A DNA stretch of 64,000 nt from Eledone cirrhosa (Eukaryota), in NCBI GenBank assembly GCA_964016885.1, contig OZ024740.1:400024001-400088000 (forward strand), given 5' to 3'. The notes below the pieces were generated by a model. It saw only the letters and a list, made by a program, of their open reading frames with translations, was not told the DNA's origin and ran no database searches. Positions 44,985 to 60,682 of this stretch are shown piece after piece. The translations under genes and the position numbers were made by a program. Every line of letters starts with the position of its first letter. Position 1 is the stretch's first letter.

Positions 44985-45195
44985 AGTATACAAGATAATG
45001 TGCTAAAAATAACTTATTAAATAGGGTGAAGACCCTTAAAGGATGTCTTAAAAGACCCTATTTTATAAATTAGCCTTATAGTCTTACGAACCCTTATAGA
45101 AAAAATAGATGGGTGTTACAGACTTGATTTCTGTCCCAATCCACTCACCAAACATGTTAATCAATGAAGACTAGTATCGGTTCCATCGGAACAAG

Positions 45196-45230
45196 TTGAA
45201 AAAGTTGACCCTCCAACCCAACGAAACGTA
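45196..45230 (+). ncRNA. U3:A8 hammerhead-like motif
   Basis: TTGAAAA-AGTTGACCCTCCAACCCAAC-GAAA-CG-TA just before (TA)n; stem I unclear. Confidence 0.45.
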
Positions 45231-45356
45231 TGCTCCTATTGTATATATATATATATATGTATGTAGTATGTATGTATGTATGTAATGATGTATGTATATA
45301 CATGAATGTGTATATATATCTATTACTCTCCTGCCCCCCTCTCTCTTTCTGTTCAT

Positions 45357-45568
<212 letters not shown>

Positions 45569-45571
45569 ATA

Positions 45572-45602
<31 letters not shown>

Positions 45603-46213
45603 TTATGTATATATATATATACGCACGAGCACATCCTTGATATTTTGTAAGAAAGGCTGCATGGGTCCTTGTACATGTAGGTGCGTGTTTACGTTTCTGC
45701 ATATGTGTATATAAGATGTTGCATATGTGTATATATGTATATAAGATGTGTATATAAGATGTGCATATGTGTATATAAGATGTTGTACATATGCTTCTAT
45801 TAGTGTAATATCTTCTCACACACACAGACTCTCTAACCCGTTCTCCTTCTATCCCTCACTCCCTCTCAGTTTACACACACAGATAAACACACGCACATGT
45901 AGACACACATACATACGCATACACATGCACATAACATATACAAAGAGAAATATATGTATATGTCTATATATGCATCTGCGCTGTTGTTTGTATATATAAT
46001 CACAACTTACACGTATTTTGAGATTTTACACAGACACATGCACGCACACACCCATACATCTATACACACACGTACGCACACACCCACACATCTACACACA
46101 CAGACATAAACACACACACAAATAAACACATACGCATAAATTTACGCATGCGCCTAGGTGTGTATATATCTTCTGTCTAATTTATATCGCTTATTCTCGT
46201 CATTATTTATCTA

Positions 46214-46400
46214 AGGGCGGTGGATTGGCAGTATCAGTAGAGGGTCGGACGCCATGCTTTGCAGCATAGAGTTACGTCCCTTTACAGTTCAAATCCTGCC
46301 GAGGTTAACTTTTCCTTTTATCCTTATGGGGTCGATAAAATAAAGTACCAGTAATGCACTGAGATAATTGGTGGCCTTGTGCCAAAAGTAAAAACAATTA
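46214..46400 (+). mobile_element. Young OK-like SINE with 12-bp TSD
   Basis: ATTATTTATCTA at 46202-46213 and 46397-46408. Confidence 0.9.
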
Positions 46401-46495
46401 TTTATCTATCAGCCTTGTCTTTCAGTGTGTGTGTATGTATATGGATGTGTGTGCCTGTGGGTGTATGTGTGTGTGTATGCATGTGCATTTGTATA

Positions 46496-46790
46496 TGGTG
46501 GCTGCCAACTCGTTTTCGAGTACGGCCACTACTTTATATCCATGTAGGAGAACCCTACCGATGCGCTGAACGAGTGTGACTTTTTAGTCCAGCCAGCGAC
46601 TTGAAAACTCTGGTACAAACACTACACTTGTGACAATTATTGACACATAGTGCTAGGCCCATGGTACCATGTGATGACAAGTGCAGAGAGATCTCCAGAT
46701 ATAAAGCAATGCCTGTGCCGTGAAGCTTTTATAGTGAGCAAAGGCACTGCACAAAGCCAGTCCCACTCTCTTGACCAAGATGATATTTAC
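46496..46790 (-). mobile_element. RTE-like LINE 3' end with C2H2 finger
   Basis: Inverted copy of 47897-48170; also at 59509-59711. Confidence 0.7.
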
Positions 46791-46991
46791 CAAAAAGAAG
46801 AACAAGTCAACATCATTGGATACCATCAGGGTTGCAGGTGTTAAATCAGAGTTTTCCTTCTAGAATTCTGCCTTGACAAAGGCTAAGGGGTCATCTCTCC
46901 CGTGATTTTGGATGGCCATTGACTCTTAAGAGCTCCTTTGACCTTTGACAGGTTTTGTTTATATATACATACATACATACATATATTTATA

Positions 46992-47122
46992 TCATTCATG
47001 GGCAAACTGTGGCCCGCGAGCCTCATGCGGCCCGTTTGGCTTTCTGATTGACACGTCTAATTTGAAAATTGCCTTGAATTTTAGTATGCGCCCCACTGCT
47101 CGATAAAGGTTGCCAATCTCTG
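46992..47122. mobile_element. hAT/Charlie-type MITE
   Basis: ATGGGCAAACTGTGGCCCGCG..ATGCGGCCCG ... AAAGGTTGCCAATCTCTG; left end matches 61734-61770. Confidence 0.65.
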
Positions 47123-47139
47123 ATTTATATATACAAACA

Positions 47140-47215
<76 letters not shown>

Positions 47216-47219
<4 letters not shown>

Positions 47220-47410
47220 TAAACGGAATAGAAAATGGTGACAAATTGTTCACAGTTGAAAAATGGTTTAATTAGGAATAAAAGAGTATTAGTGATTGTA
47301 TGAGTTAGTATTCAGTTGTGGTTTTAAGTTTTTAAGTTTTTACCGGTTGCGCATTTCTAAATGCTTTTCAAAAATAATTTTGAGATAGAGTGTCCGTGCT
47401 GTTTGCTCTG
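47216..47410 (-). mobile_element. Single arm of family I in (TA)n
   Basis: Near-identical to 37020-37215, with the same TA junction. Confidence 0.85.
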
Positions 47411-47896
47411 TATATATATATATACATGTGCACATACGTATGCATATGTCTGTGTGTTCATTTTATATTTACATATATATACACTTATGTACATGTATGT
47501 ATATATATATACATGTATACATATAATTTAGGTACATTTGTATGCATGCATATATATATATGTATCCAATAATTAAAAAAAAATTTTGAAGGGGGCATGG
47601 GTTCAGAAAAACCCTAGTTTTCATTATGACATCTCTATAGGAGTCGGTCATTCTGGTGTAAAACCTACGACTACATTTGCATCCAATGATGCAGACCAGT
47701 TCTACTTTTTGGGTAAATACATTGGATGTTCAGAGAATGAGAATGGCTCTGTGCAAAGCCTTTCCTCACTGAAAAAAAATCTTCAAGCAGAGGCATCACT
47801 TGATATGTGACATCTTCTTAAGTATCAAGCGATAGCATTACTTGAAATCGAGTTGCTGCCATCATCATCATATATGTATGTAAGTATATATGTATG

Positions 47897-48230
47897 TAAA
47901 TATCATCTTGGTCAAGAGAGTGGGACTGGCTTTGTGCAGTGCCTTTGCTCACTATAAAAGCTTCACGGCACAGGCATTGCTTTATATCTGGAGATCTCTC
48001 TGCACTTGTCGTCACATAGTACCTTGGGCCCAGCACTATGTGTCAGTAATTGTCACAGGTGTAGTGTTTGTACCAGAGTTTTCAAGTCGCTGGCTGGACT
48101 AAAAAGTCACACTCGTTCAGCGCATGGATATAAAGTAGTGGCCGTACTCGATAACGAGTTGGCAGCCACCATGTATGTATGTATGTATGTATGTATGTAT
48201 GTATGTATGTATGTATGTATGTATGTATGT
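47897..48230 (+). mobile_element. RTE-like LINE 3' end with (ATGT)n tail
   Basis: [23 protein letters not shown]2H2 finger typical of RTE C-termini, short 3'UTR and tetranucleotide tail. Confidence 0.75.
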
Positions 48231-48369
48231 TCTTCTGATTTTATAATTTCACAAATTTTTTCCCAAAGAAAGAGAGTCGTTTTCTAACATAGACACAAAA
48301 CTCTGTCATTGGAATTTACACATCAACTAGGTAGATTATGTATGTATGTAAGTATGTATGTATATAAGA

Positions 48370-48404
<35 letters not shown>

Positions 48405-48405
<1 letters not shown>

Positions 48406-48465
48406 CGTGAACCTAATACCAACACTGTTCGTAACTGCACTCCTTGTTATTGTTTTTGTTTTTTA

Positions 48466-48530
<65 letters not shown>

Positions 48531-48590
48531 CGTGAACCTAATACCAACACTGTTCGTAACTGCACTCCTTGTTATTGTTTTTGTTTTTTA

Positions 48591-48596
<6 letters not shown>
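48405..48596 (-). repeat. Two identical 66-bp units separated by (TA)n (family L 3' tail)
   Basis: GCGTGAACCTAATACCAACACTGTTCGTAACTGCACTCC... at 48405 and 48530; GAGTGC on minus. Confidence 0.85.
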
Positions 48597-48684
<88 letters not shown>

Positions 48685-49629
48685 CACATATATATATATA
48701 TACATGTATATGTATATATGTATATATATATGTATATATATATGTATATATATATATATATGTATGTATTAGAGCTGTAAGGACGAATGAATGAACACGC
48801 TGCATCCTATATATATATATTCTATATATATCTATATATATCCCCTCATCTATACCCCTATCCTACACCCTCGGTATCCAATTAACACTTCTACTAAGAA
48901 ATAGAGATATAACTAAAATCATATGCTGCTTTTATCACCAAATTCATATCGTTCAGCGGGTCCATCATCCTCACCTTTAGATTACACCAAATGATCTAAT
49001 TACTTTATCCTTCGATCTTCCATAGCATTAACAATAAAAAAAAACATTAGTTGAATGCATATTTTTTTGTATTATTTTTTTGTTGTAGAATTTATCTTTA
49101 ATGTTGGGATTTGGATTGAAGCATTTTCCTAAGATTTTTCTCACTCAGATTACTTTTTTATTTTTTACAGATTTCATTTATTATTAATGTTGCTTTTTAC
49201 CCTTCGAGTGTGTCTGTTTTGAAAGAAATTTGAAAGAAAAGTAAAAAATGAAAAAAAAAACAAAAAAACAGAAAAGCATTTAGTAAATTAAGAGCTGGGC
49301 CATGGATTTCAAATAGAAATTTGAACTGGAAGCAAAATTCAAAATGTACATATAATTTTTTTATCGATTACAATTCAGTTATGTGGTTTTCTCTTGGTTA
49401 AATTTTTGTTTTATATGTGACCATATACTTTTATTGGTTTAGATTCAATTTTTTGTATTTTATATTACATTTTTTTAAAAGAAGCATTTCAGTTTTATTA
49501 ATTTGAAACCTTAAATATTTAGAAAAAAGAGAATTGCAAAATGTTCCATATCAAGTTGCTATTCCTGGTTTCAGTAACGATATTTATGTTTTACTAGCAA
49601 CGTTTATGACTAATTAATGTATAAATATA

Positions 49630-49905
49630 CTAGGCAAGTCGGAAGTGCCTGAGTGTATGCTGCAGGAGACTAGTATAGTCTGAGTAGCAGAGACCATTGT
49701 ATACATGGTGAAAAGGGTTGAGCGAGGAGATAGCATGTCTGTGGGTAAATGAGTAAAGAGTGCCAGAGAGTGATTTTAAACCGATTAGATGAGTCGCTTT
49801 AGTTTGTATATGGTCTGAAATGCCAGTGTGAGCTATAGCATTGATCCCGGTGCTGAGATGCAAGAGTGTCCGTAACACCGACCCCGGTATGGGTTTTACC
49901 AGAAC
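49630..49905 (-). mobile_element. Decayed CR1/L2/Jockey-group LINE 3' coding remnant
   Basis: HIQTKATHLIG...LYSFTHRHAISSL..FHHVYNGLC resembles the post-RT region of this group. Confidence 0.5.
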
Positions 49906-50198
49906 ATTGTAGTAGTTCATTAAATGTTGGAGAGTAAGATATTAATTCTTCATATCGAAGGTATAACGTGTACATAATTGGTAATCTAGAGAGAATTAAT
50001 TGTAACAGCAACCTAATTGAAAACTGTAATACATATAGCGTCCAGAGGACGGGGAATTGGCACAGTCGCTATGGAATCGTATTAAACATTCTTCTGTATT
50101 TATGCTGGCTCACTGCACTTTGAATTAAAAACCTGCAGAAGTCAACTATGTTTTCATACCTTCGAGGTCGCTACAGTGCCAGTTTAATACTGGGATCA

Positions 50199-50261
<63 letters not shown>

Positions 50262-50648
50262 AGATAAATAGGCACCAGTTGGTTTAATATGCTGAATACA
50301 CACCACGTGACATGACGGCGACCCTACAATTCTATCATGATTTACGGAATCTTCTCTCTATATTTATTTATAAGGAATATAGAAAATAGGAAAAGATGAG
50401 AATAGTAAAGTGCCAGACTAAATACTTTTATGGAACCTTTGTGTTCTGAATTTCAATCCTTTATCCATAAAAACAAACTCATAGCTACAAGTAATATTCT
50501 AGGTTTCGTTCAAATGTCCTCTACATATAAAAGTATTTTCTTTTATACATTGTTAGATAGCCCAAATCTGATCTGATCGAGTAAATGCTTGATAACATTC
50601 CAACAATCGCAATCAGTTCTTTAAAACTATATCCATATCTATCTATCT

Positions 50649-50770
50649 AGGGGATTTCGATTGTTATATTTTAATGTTAACATTTTTTTACACGATTGTA
50701 TGTAAAACCCCCGCCATATGCCTTTGAATTGTCTCCTTTTCTTGTGCGCCCTTGTGGCAAATAAAGAAAT

Positions 50771-50771
<1 letters not shown>
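50649..50771 (+). mobile_element. Severely 5'-truncated Tx1/L1 copy (3'UTR only) flanked by (TATC)n
   Basis: Ends CCCTTGTGGCAAATAAAGAAAT followed by (TATC)n at 50772-50843. Confidence 0.8.
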
Positions 50772-50842
<71 letters not shown>

Positions 50843-50844
<2 letters not shown>

Positions 50845-52850
50845 CCTGGAAGCGGTCTACTGCAACTGGCAACAGAACGGGAGAATTCCCAGTTCTGTAA
50901 CCGGGGGCGTGGTCACACTAATCAGGAAGGACGAGAATAAGTGGGATGACATAGGCAACTTCCGGCCCATAACTCTGCTAAACACAGAGTTACAGATTTT
51001 GGCCAAGGTGTTGGCAAAGAGGCTGGCGCTTGTCGTCGAGAACCTGGTGGGAGAAGCGCAGACATGCGCGATCCCGACCAGGTCCATAAACGACAACCTC
51101 CACCTCATGCGATACATCATAGAGAGGGTAGGGTGTAAACCCGGCTTCGGTGGGGCCCTGATCAACTTGGATCAGTCTAAGGCTTTCGATAGGGTTGACC
51201 ATCGTTACCTGGATGCGGTGCTCGAGGCGGCAGGCTTCGGACCCGTGTTCAGGGGCTGGATTGCTGCAATGCACAACAGCAACATCTGCTCAAGGGTCAA
51301 GGTGAACGGTTACCTCTCGGAGCCGTTCCATATTACGCGATCCATTCGACAGGGATGCCCTCTCTCCTCCCTTCTGTACGTACTGACTCTCGAGCCACTA
51401 CTGCGGAAGCTGAAGCTATTGCAGGGCATCCCTCTGGAACCGGGACTGCGGAAAGCGGCGTCGGCCTACGCCGACGACGTGACAGTAATGGTGTCGAGCA
51501 CCTCGCAAATCGAGGAAGTCGGCACCTTACTAAAGGAATACGAAAGTCTCACAGGAGCGAAGCTGAACCGGGACAAGTCCATCGGTTTGCAACTCGGATC
51601 GTGGAGAGGCAGACCGATGCCTTCCGATGGCGTCGTCGGACGCTGGACGGAAGGACCGGTAAAGCTGCTTGGGGTCTGGTTTGGTCCGGACCTCCAGGTG
51701 GAGAAGAACTGGAACGAAGTGACGGCCAAGGTGTTTGCACTCACCCAGAAGTGGGCCGAGTGCAAACTATCCTTGAAAGGTCGAGCGGAGGTGGCGAACA
51801 CTTTTGTAGCGTCCGCCATCTACTACCGCTTGACCGTCGTGCCTTGTCCAGCCAAAACGCTCGCCAAAATGGAGCGCGCGCTCTTCCGATTCCTTTGGAA
51901 GAGGCGGGCTCCTTTGGTGAGAAGATCCATCTGCTGCCAACACCCTTCTAACGGAGGGCTGGGGATGCCGTGGTTGATGATGCGCAAACACGCGCTCAGG
52001 CTGCGGCATCTCTACGTATTCCTCACCGGACAACCGGTGTGGGCCCCGTTCGTGAGGCGAGCCTTCCCACGACTCGTCTCGCTGACCGAGCTGCAGTCCT
52101 GGGTCAAGCAGAGACCGAGAAAAATGGGCGACTGGCACATCGAATGTGCTCAGGCGCTCACAGCCCTCTGGCAGGCGGACCCGGCGATCAGTGGAGACTC
52201 CACTTCATCATTCTATAGAGGGTTGGTCCGCAGCAAGTGCGACGACGCGCTCGGTGAAACTCTAGGCGTAGAGGAAGATGAACTGGCCAGTCTGTTCGGT
52301 AGGACCTTCCGCCCGGGACCGATGGACAACTTCCAAAAGTCCCTGGCCTGGCAGTGCTACCGAGGAGCTCTACCAGTTCGAGACAAGCTCTACAGACATG
52401 GGCGCCCGGGCAGGGACCCTGCAAAAAAAGATCTGTCCGAGGTACGTGCGAGACGAAGAAACCGTCGCGCAAGCATTCATACACTGCCCGGGCGTCACTG
52501 ACCTGTGGGGCTATGTAGAACGACTATTGTCGCGGGTGGGACCAATCCAGTTGACCACCGAGTCCATTGTCATGATCAAACCGCCACCCTCCTTCAAAAA
52601 CGAAGGCGAGGCGGTTTTCCTTTGTGTGATAGCTATGGCGAAAGAGGTTGTATGGTGGACAAGGTTGAAAGGGCTGAGGTCAGACACCTTTCTCTCCGAC
52701 CAACAACTGATTCTTTTTTTCAAATACCACTTTGGAAGAAGAATCAGGATGGAGAGAGAGGTGCTGTACCCCAGCAAGTTTTATGAAAGGTGGGTGAAAG
52801 TGGCGAGAATGGCCCGAGTGAATGGGCCTTCTCTCTATATCAGCCTGTAG
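50843..52850 (+). pseudogene. Tx1/L1 ORF2 RT and C-terminal domain, 5'-truncated, one frameshift near the A-run at about 52425
   Basis: NFRPITLLN, LDQSKAFDRVDH, RQGCPLS, AYADD, KLLGVWF; colinear with the ORF2 at 7301-9240. Confidence 0.9.
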
Positions 52851-53090
52851 GTTGAGGAAAAGGAGGAGGAGAGGAAAGGAGTACAAGCTCTTCGTACTCC
52901 TGGAGATGAGGGTTGCACATTTTTTTTCGGGGGTATGTGTTACCCATATAAACTGTCTCCCTCTATTGGGGAAAATCGACTAACTTTTAAATTCCATCTG
53001 TGATAACATTTTACACGTTTTTATTGTATGTAAACTTCCCCCTTTGTATTTGTCCCCTTCTTTTGTGCCCCTGTGGCTAATAAAGAAATA
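50843..53090 (+). mobile_element. 5'-truncated Tx1/L1 LINE flanked by (TATC)n
   Basis: RT and zinc knuckle; 3'UTR ending AATAAAGAAATA(TATC)n. Confidence 0.92.
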
Positions 53091-53345
53091 TATCTATCTA
53101 TCTATCTATCTATCTATAATAGGGGTGTATATGAAAACATATATACACATATACCATATGTTTATATACAATAAACTAAAGGGTAGCATTGCTATGAAAG
53201 AAAATCTTGCATTCATTAATTTCAACTATTATTAATAACTGAATGATTTTTATTCCAAGGACGATGTTGAAAAATAAATCTCATTAGGTCATACCATGAG
53301 AGTATCTTGGTCAGTCTATGAACGTTTTAGCTGACTCTCGCATAC

Positions 53346-53499
<154 letters not shown>

Positions 53500-53505
53500 G
53501 CACAC

Positions 53506-53560
<55 letters not shown>

Positions 53561-53601
53561 AACAGAAGGCTGGACTGGTGTAAATCCTTGAAAGGTTTAT
53601 T

Positions 53602-53659
53602 ATACTATGATCATTTCAATGACCGGGTTCCATATGAATCCGGTGATATCATCAGGTAT
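53602..53659 (-). ncRNA. Type I hammerhead ribozyme
   Basis: ATAC-CTGATGA-TATCACCGGATTCATATGGAACCCGGTCATT-GAAA-TGATCA-TA-GTAT, then AATAAA and (TA)n about 45 nt downstream. Confidence 0.85.
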
Positions 53660-53974
53660 TGGCATATAAAAAACCATGGGTCCGAAAAATCAGAGACAGA
53701 GACAAAGAGGACGACTGACCAACTAGCTGCCTTCACCTCGGCCAGTCGCCCTCAAAGTGATGGAAACTGAATCTACTAATGACCATCTGGTGAGGGGGCG
53801 AAGGCTTATAATGCACTACCACCTCTCCGTCAAAGAAAAAGGGGAAGAAAGAAAGAAAGGAAGAAGAAGAAAAAAAGGAAGAAAGAAGTCAGCGTAAGGG
53901 TCACACTACATTCATGCTAGAAAATGCTGCGAAAAATGCTACTCCAAAGAATCTATATTTAACAAAGGCATATA

Positions 53975-54162
53975 TAATTGTTTCTACTTTTTGGCACAAG
54001 GCCATCAATTATCCCAGTGTATTACTGGTACTTTATTTTATCGACTCTGTAAGGATGAAAAGCAAAGTTAACCTCGGCGGGATTTGAACTCAGTCCGTAA
54101 AGGGACGTAACTGTGCTACAAAGCATGGCGTCCGACTCTCTACCGATATAGCCAATCCACCA
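53975..54162 (-). mobile_element. Young OK-like SINE with 17-bp TSD
   Basis: ACAAAGGCATATATAAT at 53962-53978 and 54162-54178. Confidence 0.92.
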
Positions 54163-55860
54163 CAAAGGCATATATAATGGGTGTCTGTATGGTCTAATGT
54201 GTGAACCGAAAATTGGAACGTTAAACTTATGTTACGAGTTATAGGATAAAATAAAATTAAATTAAAAAATATTAAATTGCAAAATGATAAATTGAAAAAT
54301 AAATTATTAGAAAATTAAAGGTTAAGGTAGCGTGATTTATTTAATGAACTTATAGAGAGAGTCTTATATGAAAAAATTAATCTCGATAAGATATCAGGAT
54401 GGGATATAGAGTAAAGATTTCGATTGTGAGTCCCAGCCCCCCTCCCCCCACCCCCAACCATGAGTCAGCCAGTTTCGAGTGGTATCGTCCAGCGAAAGAA
54501 ATGGAAATTAATTTTTCCGAGTACTCTAGGAACGTAGCTACCTTAGGTCCCGGGAGTGTTAGCGGGAAGTCTACAATTTCGACAGGCCATCGTCTATACC
54601 AAACGAATATTATTAAATGACACATGAGGGGTTTATTTACGTGCCAGTAGAGGCATGATACAGCTAATAGTTATGCCTAACTACACAAACGAAGACGAGT
54701 GAACTGCACTACGTTGAGTACTCTCCACAATCTTACACCAAGATTGACCATACGGAATGACCAATTCTATCCAGTGGTGAACCAACAAACTTATATATAT
54801 ATATAGACACACATATATATGCATACATATATATATATCTACGAATTATTCAGAGATGTGAAATATATAAATTAACTCAGTTCAGAAGTGGTTTGGGAAT
54901 ATAAATTGAGTTTCGAGGCAGTTTTCCAAAGCCTCGTGGTAATATGATTTCAAATTATTCAAAAGCCCAAACTATTCCTGAAAAGAATTAAAATACAATG
55001 TTTTATTCACAATTTTCAGACTAAAGAGAACACCATCAGTAAATATATAATCTATTGTGTTTTAGTTAATTGTTAACAGTTTGAAAATGTATAAGTTTTT
55101 ATTGAAGTTATACTCTAATGCTGTTGAACAGATCATAGATTATAGTGTTTCATACAAAACTCAATCTATGAACAGCTTTCCATTTTTTATGACAATCTTC
55201 CTCGTGACATCACATTTTATAATTTATACACTGATAAATTTTCATCATATGGTGTTGGACAGATATAGATATATAAAAATTACATGATAAAATGACAAGT
55301 TAGTCAATCATATTGATGGCCTCCCCACAGCCCCAGCGGATAGAATGGAGAAGGCGTTTCCCCCGGATTATAGGATATATTTTTCTTTTCCTCTCCTAAG
55401 TGTAATATTTCAGTGAACCCTAACATAATGGAGAATTAACTTCTTTGAGACTTGAACCCATAGAGCTGAAACATACATAGCAGGGAATTTTATCGAATTT
55501 ATCTGAAGCTGCATCCAATTCATCGCTTTATATGAATAATAGACAAGATTCATTTGTTTAAAAAATATCAGTTTCATTTGTATTAGTATATACATAATAT
55601 AAGTAGGTGATGTGAAATAAAAAGTAGTTTAAGAGAAAATGTGAAGAGTAAGTAAAGTGAAAGAGATGTAGACTGATATTGAAAATGTAGTGCTAAAAAG
55701 GTTTCCCAGAATTAAAGTCTAAAGTGTTTGTGCACATGCACACATACACACATATCCCCCACACCTATATATGTGAATGTATGTACTAATTTATATATAT
55801 ACACTCCTATATACTAAAATAGACAATGCACGAACACACACACACACACGCACACATACG

Positions 55861-56021
<161 letters not shown>

Positions 56022-56148
56022 CAAAGGTATATATTGAGTTAGAAACTCAAAATAGTCTCTTACAATTAAATAGCTCAAGGAAAGGGTTTGTCCGAGCCGA
56101 TTTGAACACATATATGTATATATCTGCGTTTATCTTTCTTTTATATTC

Positions 56149-56196
<48 letters not shown>

Positions 56197-56200
<4 letters not shown>

Positions 56201-56520
56201 TAAAATAACAGATTAAAGTTTAAGCAAAGAATCGCTGCTTTCACCCTTAACGGGATCTTCTGAAACTAACAAAGTCAATGTGTGAACGCAGAAGTGAATA
56301 TTTCAAAAAACGTTGCAGCCGGAGGAAGACAGGAAGACGATACTTTGGTTCGTGGAAACGTTCCCTGGCAAAGAACGGGAAAAAAACGAATATAATACGT
56401 CATTATTTGGAGCGGTGAAAAACAATTACACGCTCTACGGTTCTTATATATTTGATATATATTTATCCTTATCGAGCCCTCTTTGGATTTTAGTCTCCAA
56501 TTTATTATTATTATTACTAT
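56197..56520. mobile_element. Family N element (inverted arm plus forward tail)
   Basis: 56197-56268 matches 59039-59186; 56436-56520 matches 59392-59472. Confidence 0.7.
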
Positions 56521-56525
56521 ACATA

Positions 56526-56713
56526 GGGCGGTGAATTGGCAGTATCGGGAGAGGGTCGGACGCAATGCTTTCCAGCATAGTTACGTCCCTTTGCGGTCTG
56601 AGTTCAAATCCCGCCGAGGTTAACTTTGCCTTTCATCCTTACAGGGTCGATCAAATAAAGTACCAGTAATGTACTGGTTAATTGCTGGCCTTGTGCCAAA
56701 AGTAGAAACAATT
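56526..56713 (+). mobile_element. Young OK-like SINE
   Basis: Full-length match; flanked by ATTATTACTATA. Confidence 0.92.
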
Positions 56714-56830
56714 ATTACTATATATATATATACTTCCATACATACATAAATACGCACACACACACATGTATGCATATATATGTGTGTGTGTGTGTATGTG
56801 TGTATGTGTGCGTGTATGAATATATACACA

Positions 56831-56872
<42 letters not shown>

Positions 56873-57477
56873 AAATATATACTGTATGTGTGGGTAATTG
56901 TATTTGTGTGTATATCTTTATGGGTGCCTGGGTGCGTTTGTCAGTAAATAGAGGTAGATTTGACGACTAGTTCTCAACAATAACTTTTAAAGAATATGTC
57001 GCATAATATATAATATATAAACATTTTTCCTTTTTCTATTAAATTGTATTTCCATGATATATTTTACATAGAAAATAAAATAGAACGAGGATAAAATCAT
57101 AGAAAACAAAGATCTACGAAGTTAATATTGAAGTTTTCAATATATAAAGATAATATTCCTTTCAGTATTTGTGTGTGAATGCCTGTATGTGTATGTATGT
57201 ATATTTTCTAACCCAGAAAAAAGAGAAAAAATTAAAAGGAAAAAAAAATATTTTTCTTCCTAATAATCGTCTTTTTCTCCCTATTTTCATATATATATAT
57301 ACATTCCAACTCGTGTGCTCCTTCTCCACATTTTATTATTGTTATTATATATATATATATTGTGAAGACTTACAATATATATACATATGTTTATCGACAG
57401 TCGATCGACTTTTGTCAAATCGGACCGAGGAAACAATATTTCCAATTGCTATCTATTGGTCGCAACTCCAGGTAGAA

Positions 57478-57594
57478 GAAACAACGTGAAATAAAGTGTC
57501 TTGCCCAAGGACATAACGTATTACTCGGTCCGGGGTTCGCACTGACAACCTCAGGATTGCGAATCCAATTTTCTAATCACTCAGTCATGCGCCT
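57478..57594 (-). mobile_element. OR-like SINE
   Basis: Minus strand AGGCGCATGACTGAGTGATTAG...GGACCGAG...TGTCCTTGGGCAAGACACTTTATTTCACGTTG. Confidence 0.7.
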
Positions 57595-57599
57595 ACATA

Positions 57600-59038
<1,439 letters not shown>

Positions 59039-59180
59039 TTTATTAAAATAACATATTAAAGTTTAACAAAGAATCGCTGCTTTCACCCTTAACGAGATCT
59101 TCTGTTACTACTAGTTTCAGAAGATCCTGTTAAGGGTGAAAAGCACCGATTCTTTGCTTAAACTTTAATATGTTATTTTA

Positions 59181-59186
<6 letters not shown>
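59039..59186. mobile_element. Fold-back mini-element, family N
   Basis: About 65-bp inverted arms; degenerate core CAGAAGA-TCCTGTTAAGGGT-GAAA. Confidence 0.8.
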
Positions 59187-59231
<45 letters not shown>

Positions 59232-59251
59232 TATACATATATATATATATT

Positions 59252-59361
<110 letters not shown>

Positions 59362-59467
59362 TATAAATGAAAAGTATATAAATATATATATACGGTTCTT
59401 ATATATTTGATATATATTTATCCTTATCGAGCCCTCTTTGGATTTTAGTCTTCAAATTTATTATTAT

Positions 59468-59508
<41 letters not shown>

Positions 59509-59710
59509 TGGTGGCTGCCAACACGTTTTCGAGTACGGCCACTACTTTATATCCATGTAGGAGAACGCCTACCAATGCGCTGAACGAGTGTGAACTTTTA
59601 GTCCAGCCAGCGACTTGAAAACTCTGGTACAAACACTACACTTGTGACAATTACTGACACATAGTGCTGGGCCCATGGTACCATGTGATGACAAGTGCAG
59701 AGAGATCTCC

Positions 59711-59711
<1 letters not shown>
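59509..59711 (-). mobile_element. RTE-like LINE 3' end (third copy)
   Basis: Matches 46496-46697. Confidence 0.75.
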
Positions 59712-59751
<40 letters not shown>

Positions 59752-60348
59752 CACATATATGTATACATATATATATACATATATATATACATATATATAT
59801 ACTATATATATATACATATATATATACATATATATATACATATACACGCCCCCCCCCCCACATATATATATATATATATATATAAACATGCAAATGTGTG
59901 CTCGAATCATCTTTGAATGTGTAATGTGTGTGCATGTGTAAGAACATCGATATATTTCCATATGCTTATGTGTTTATATCAGTGTTCACCTGCTTATACT
60001 ACTGTGTCTGTATGTTCGTCTGCCTTTAACTGTGCGCTCGATTATGTTTATGCCGTTCTCTGTGTCTGCGTGTGTGTGCGTGTGTGTATGCGTGTAGCGT
60101 GTGTGTGCGTGTGTGTATGCGTGTAGCGTGTGTGCGTGCATGCGAATGTGTGTGTGTATATATGCGTATGTGCTTCTGCGTGTGTTTGTGTGTGTGAAAT
60201 GCACAATATCTCCCTGAGCAGTATGAAATATTTGAGAAGACAGCGACAAATGAATAATATAGATGAATAAACAGATAAATAGATAGATGAATAAAATTAA
60301 CAATTAAATATATATGTATGTATATATGTTTGTATGTATGTATGTATG

Positions 60349-60419
<71 letters not shown>

Positions 60420-60563
60420 TTATATATATATATATATATACATATATATATTATATACATACATATAAACAATTATATGAACACATAATCATATACATTC
60501 ATACACACTTCACACTTCACACATAAATACATATATATATACATAGTTAAATACGTGATGAAT

Positions 60564-60619
<56 letters not shown>

Positions 60620-60621
60620 AC

Positions 60622-60682
<61 letters not shown>

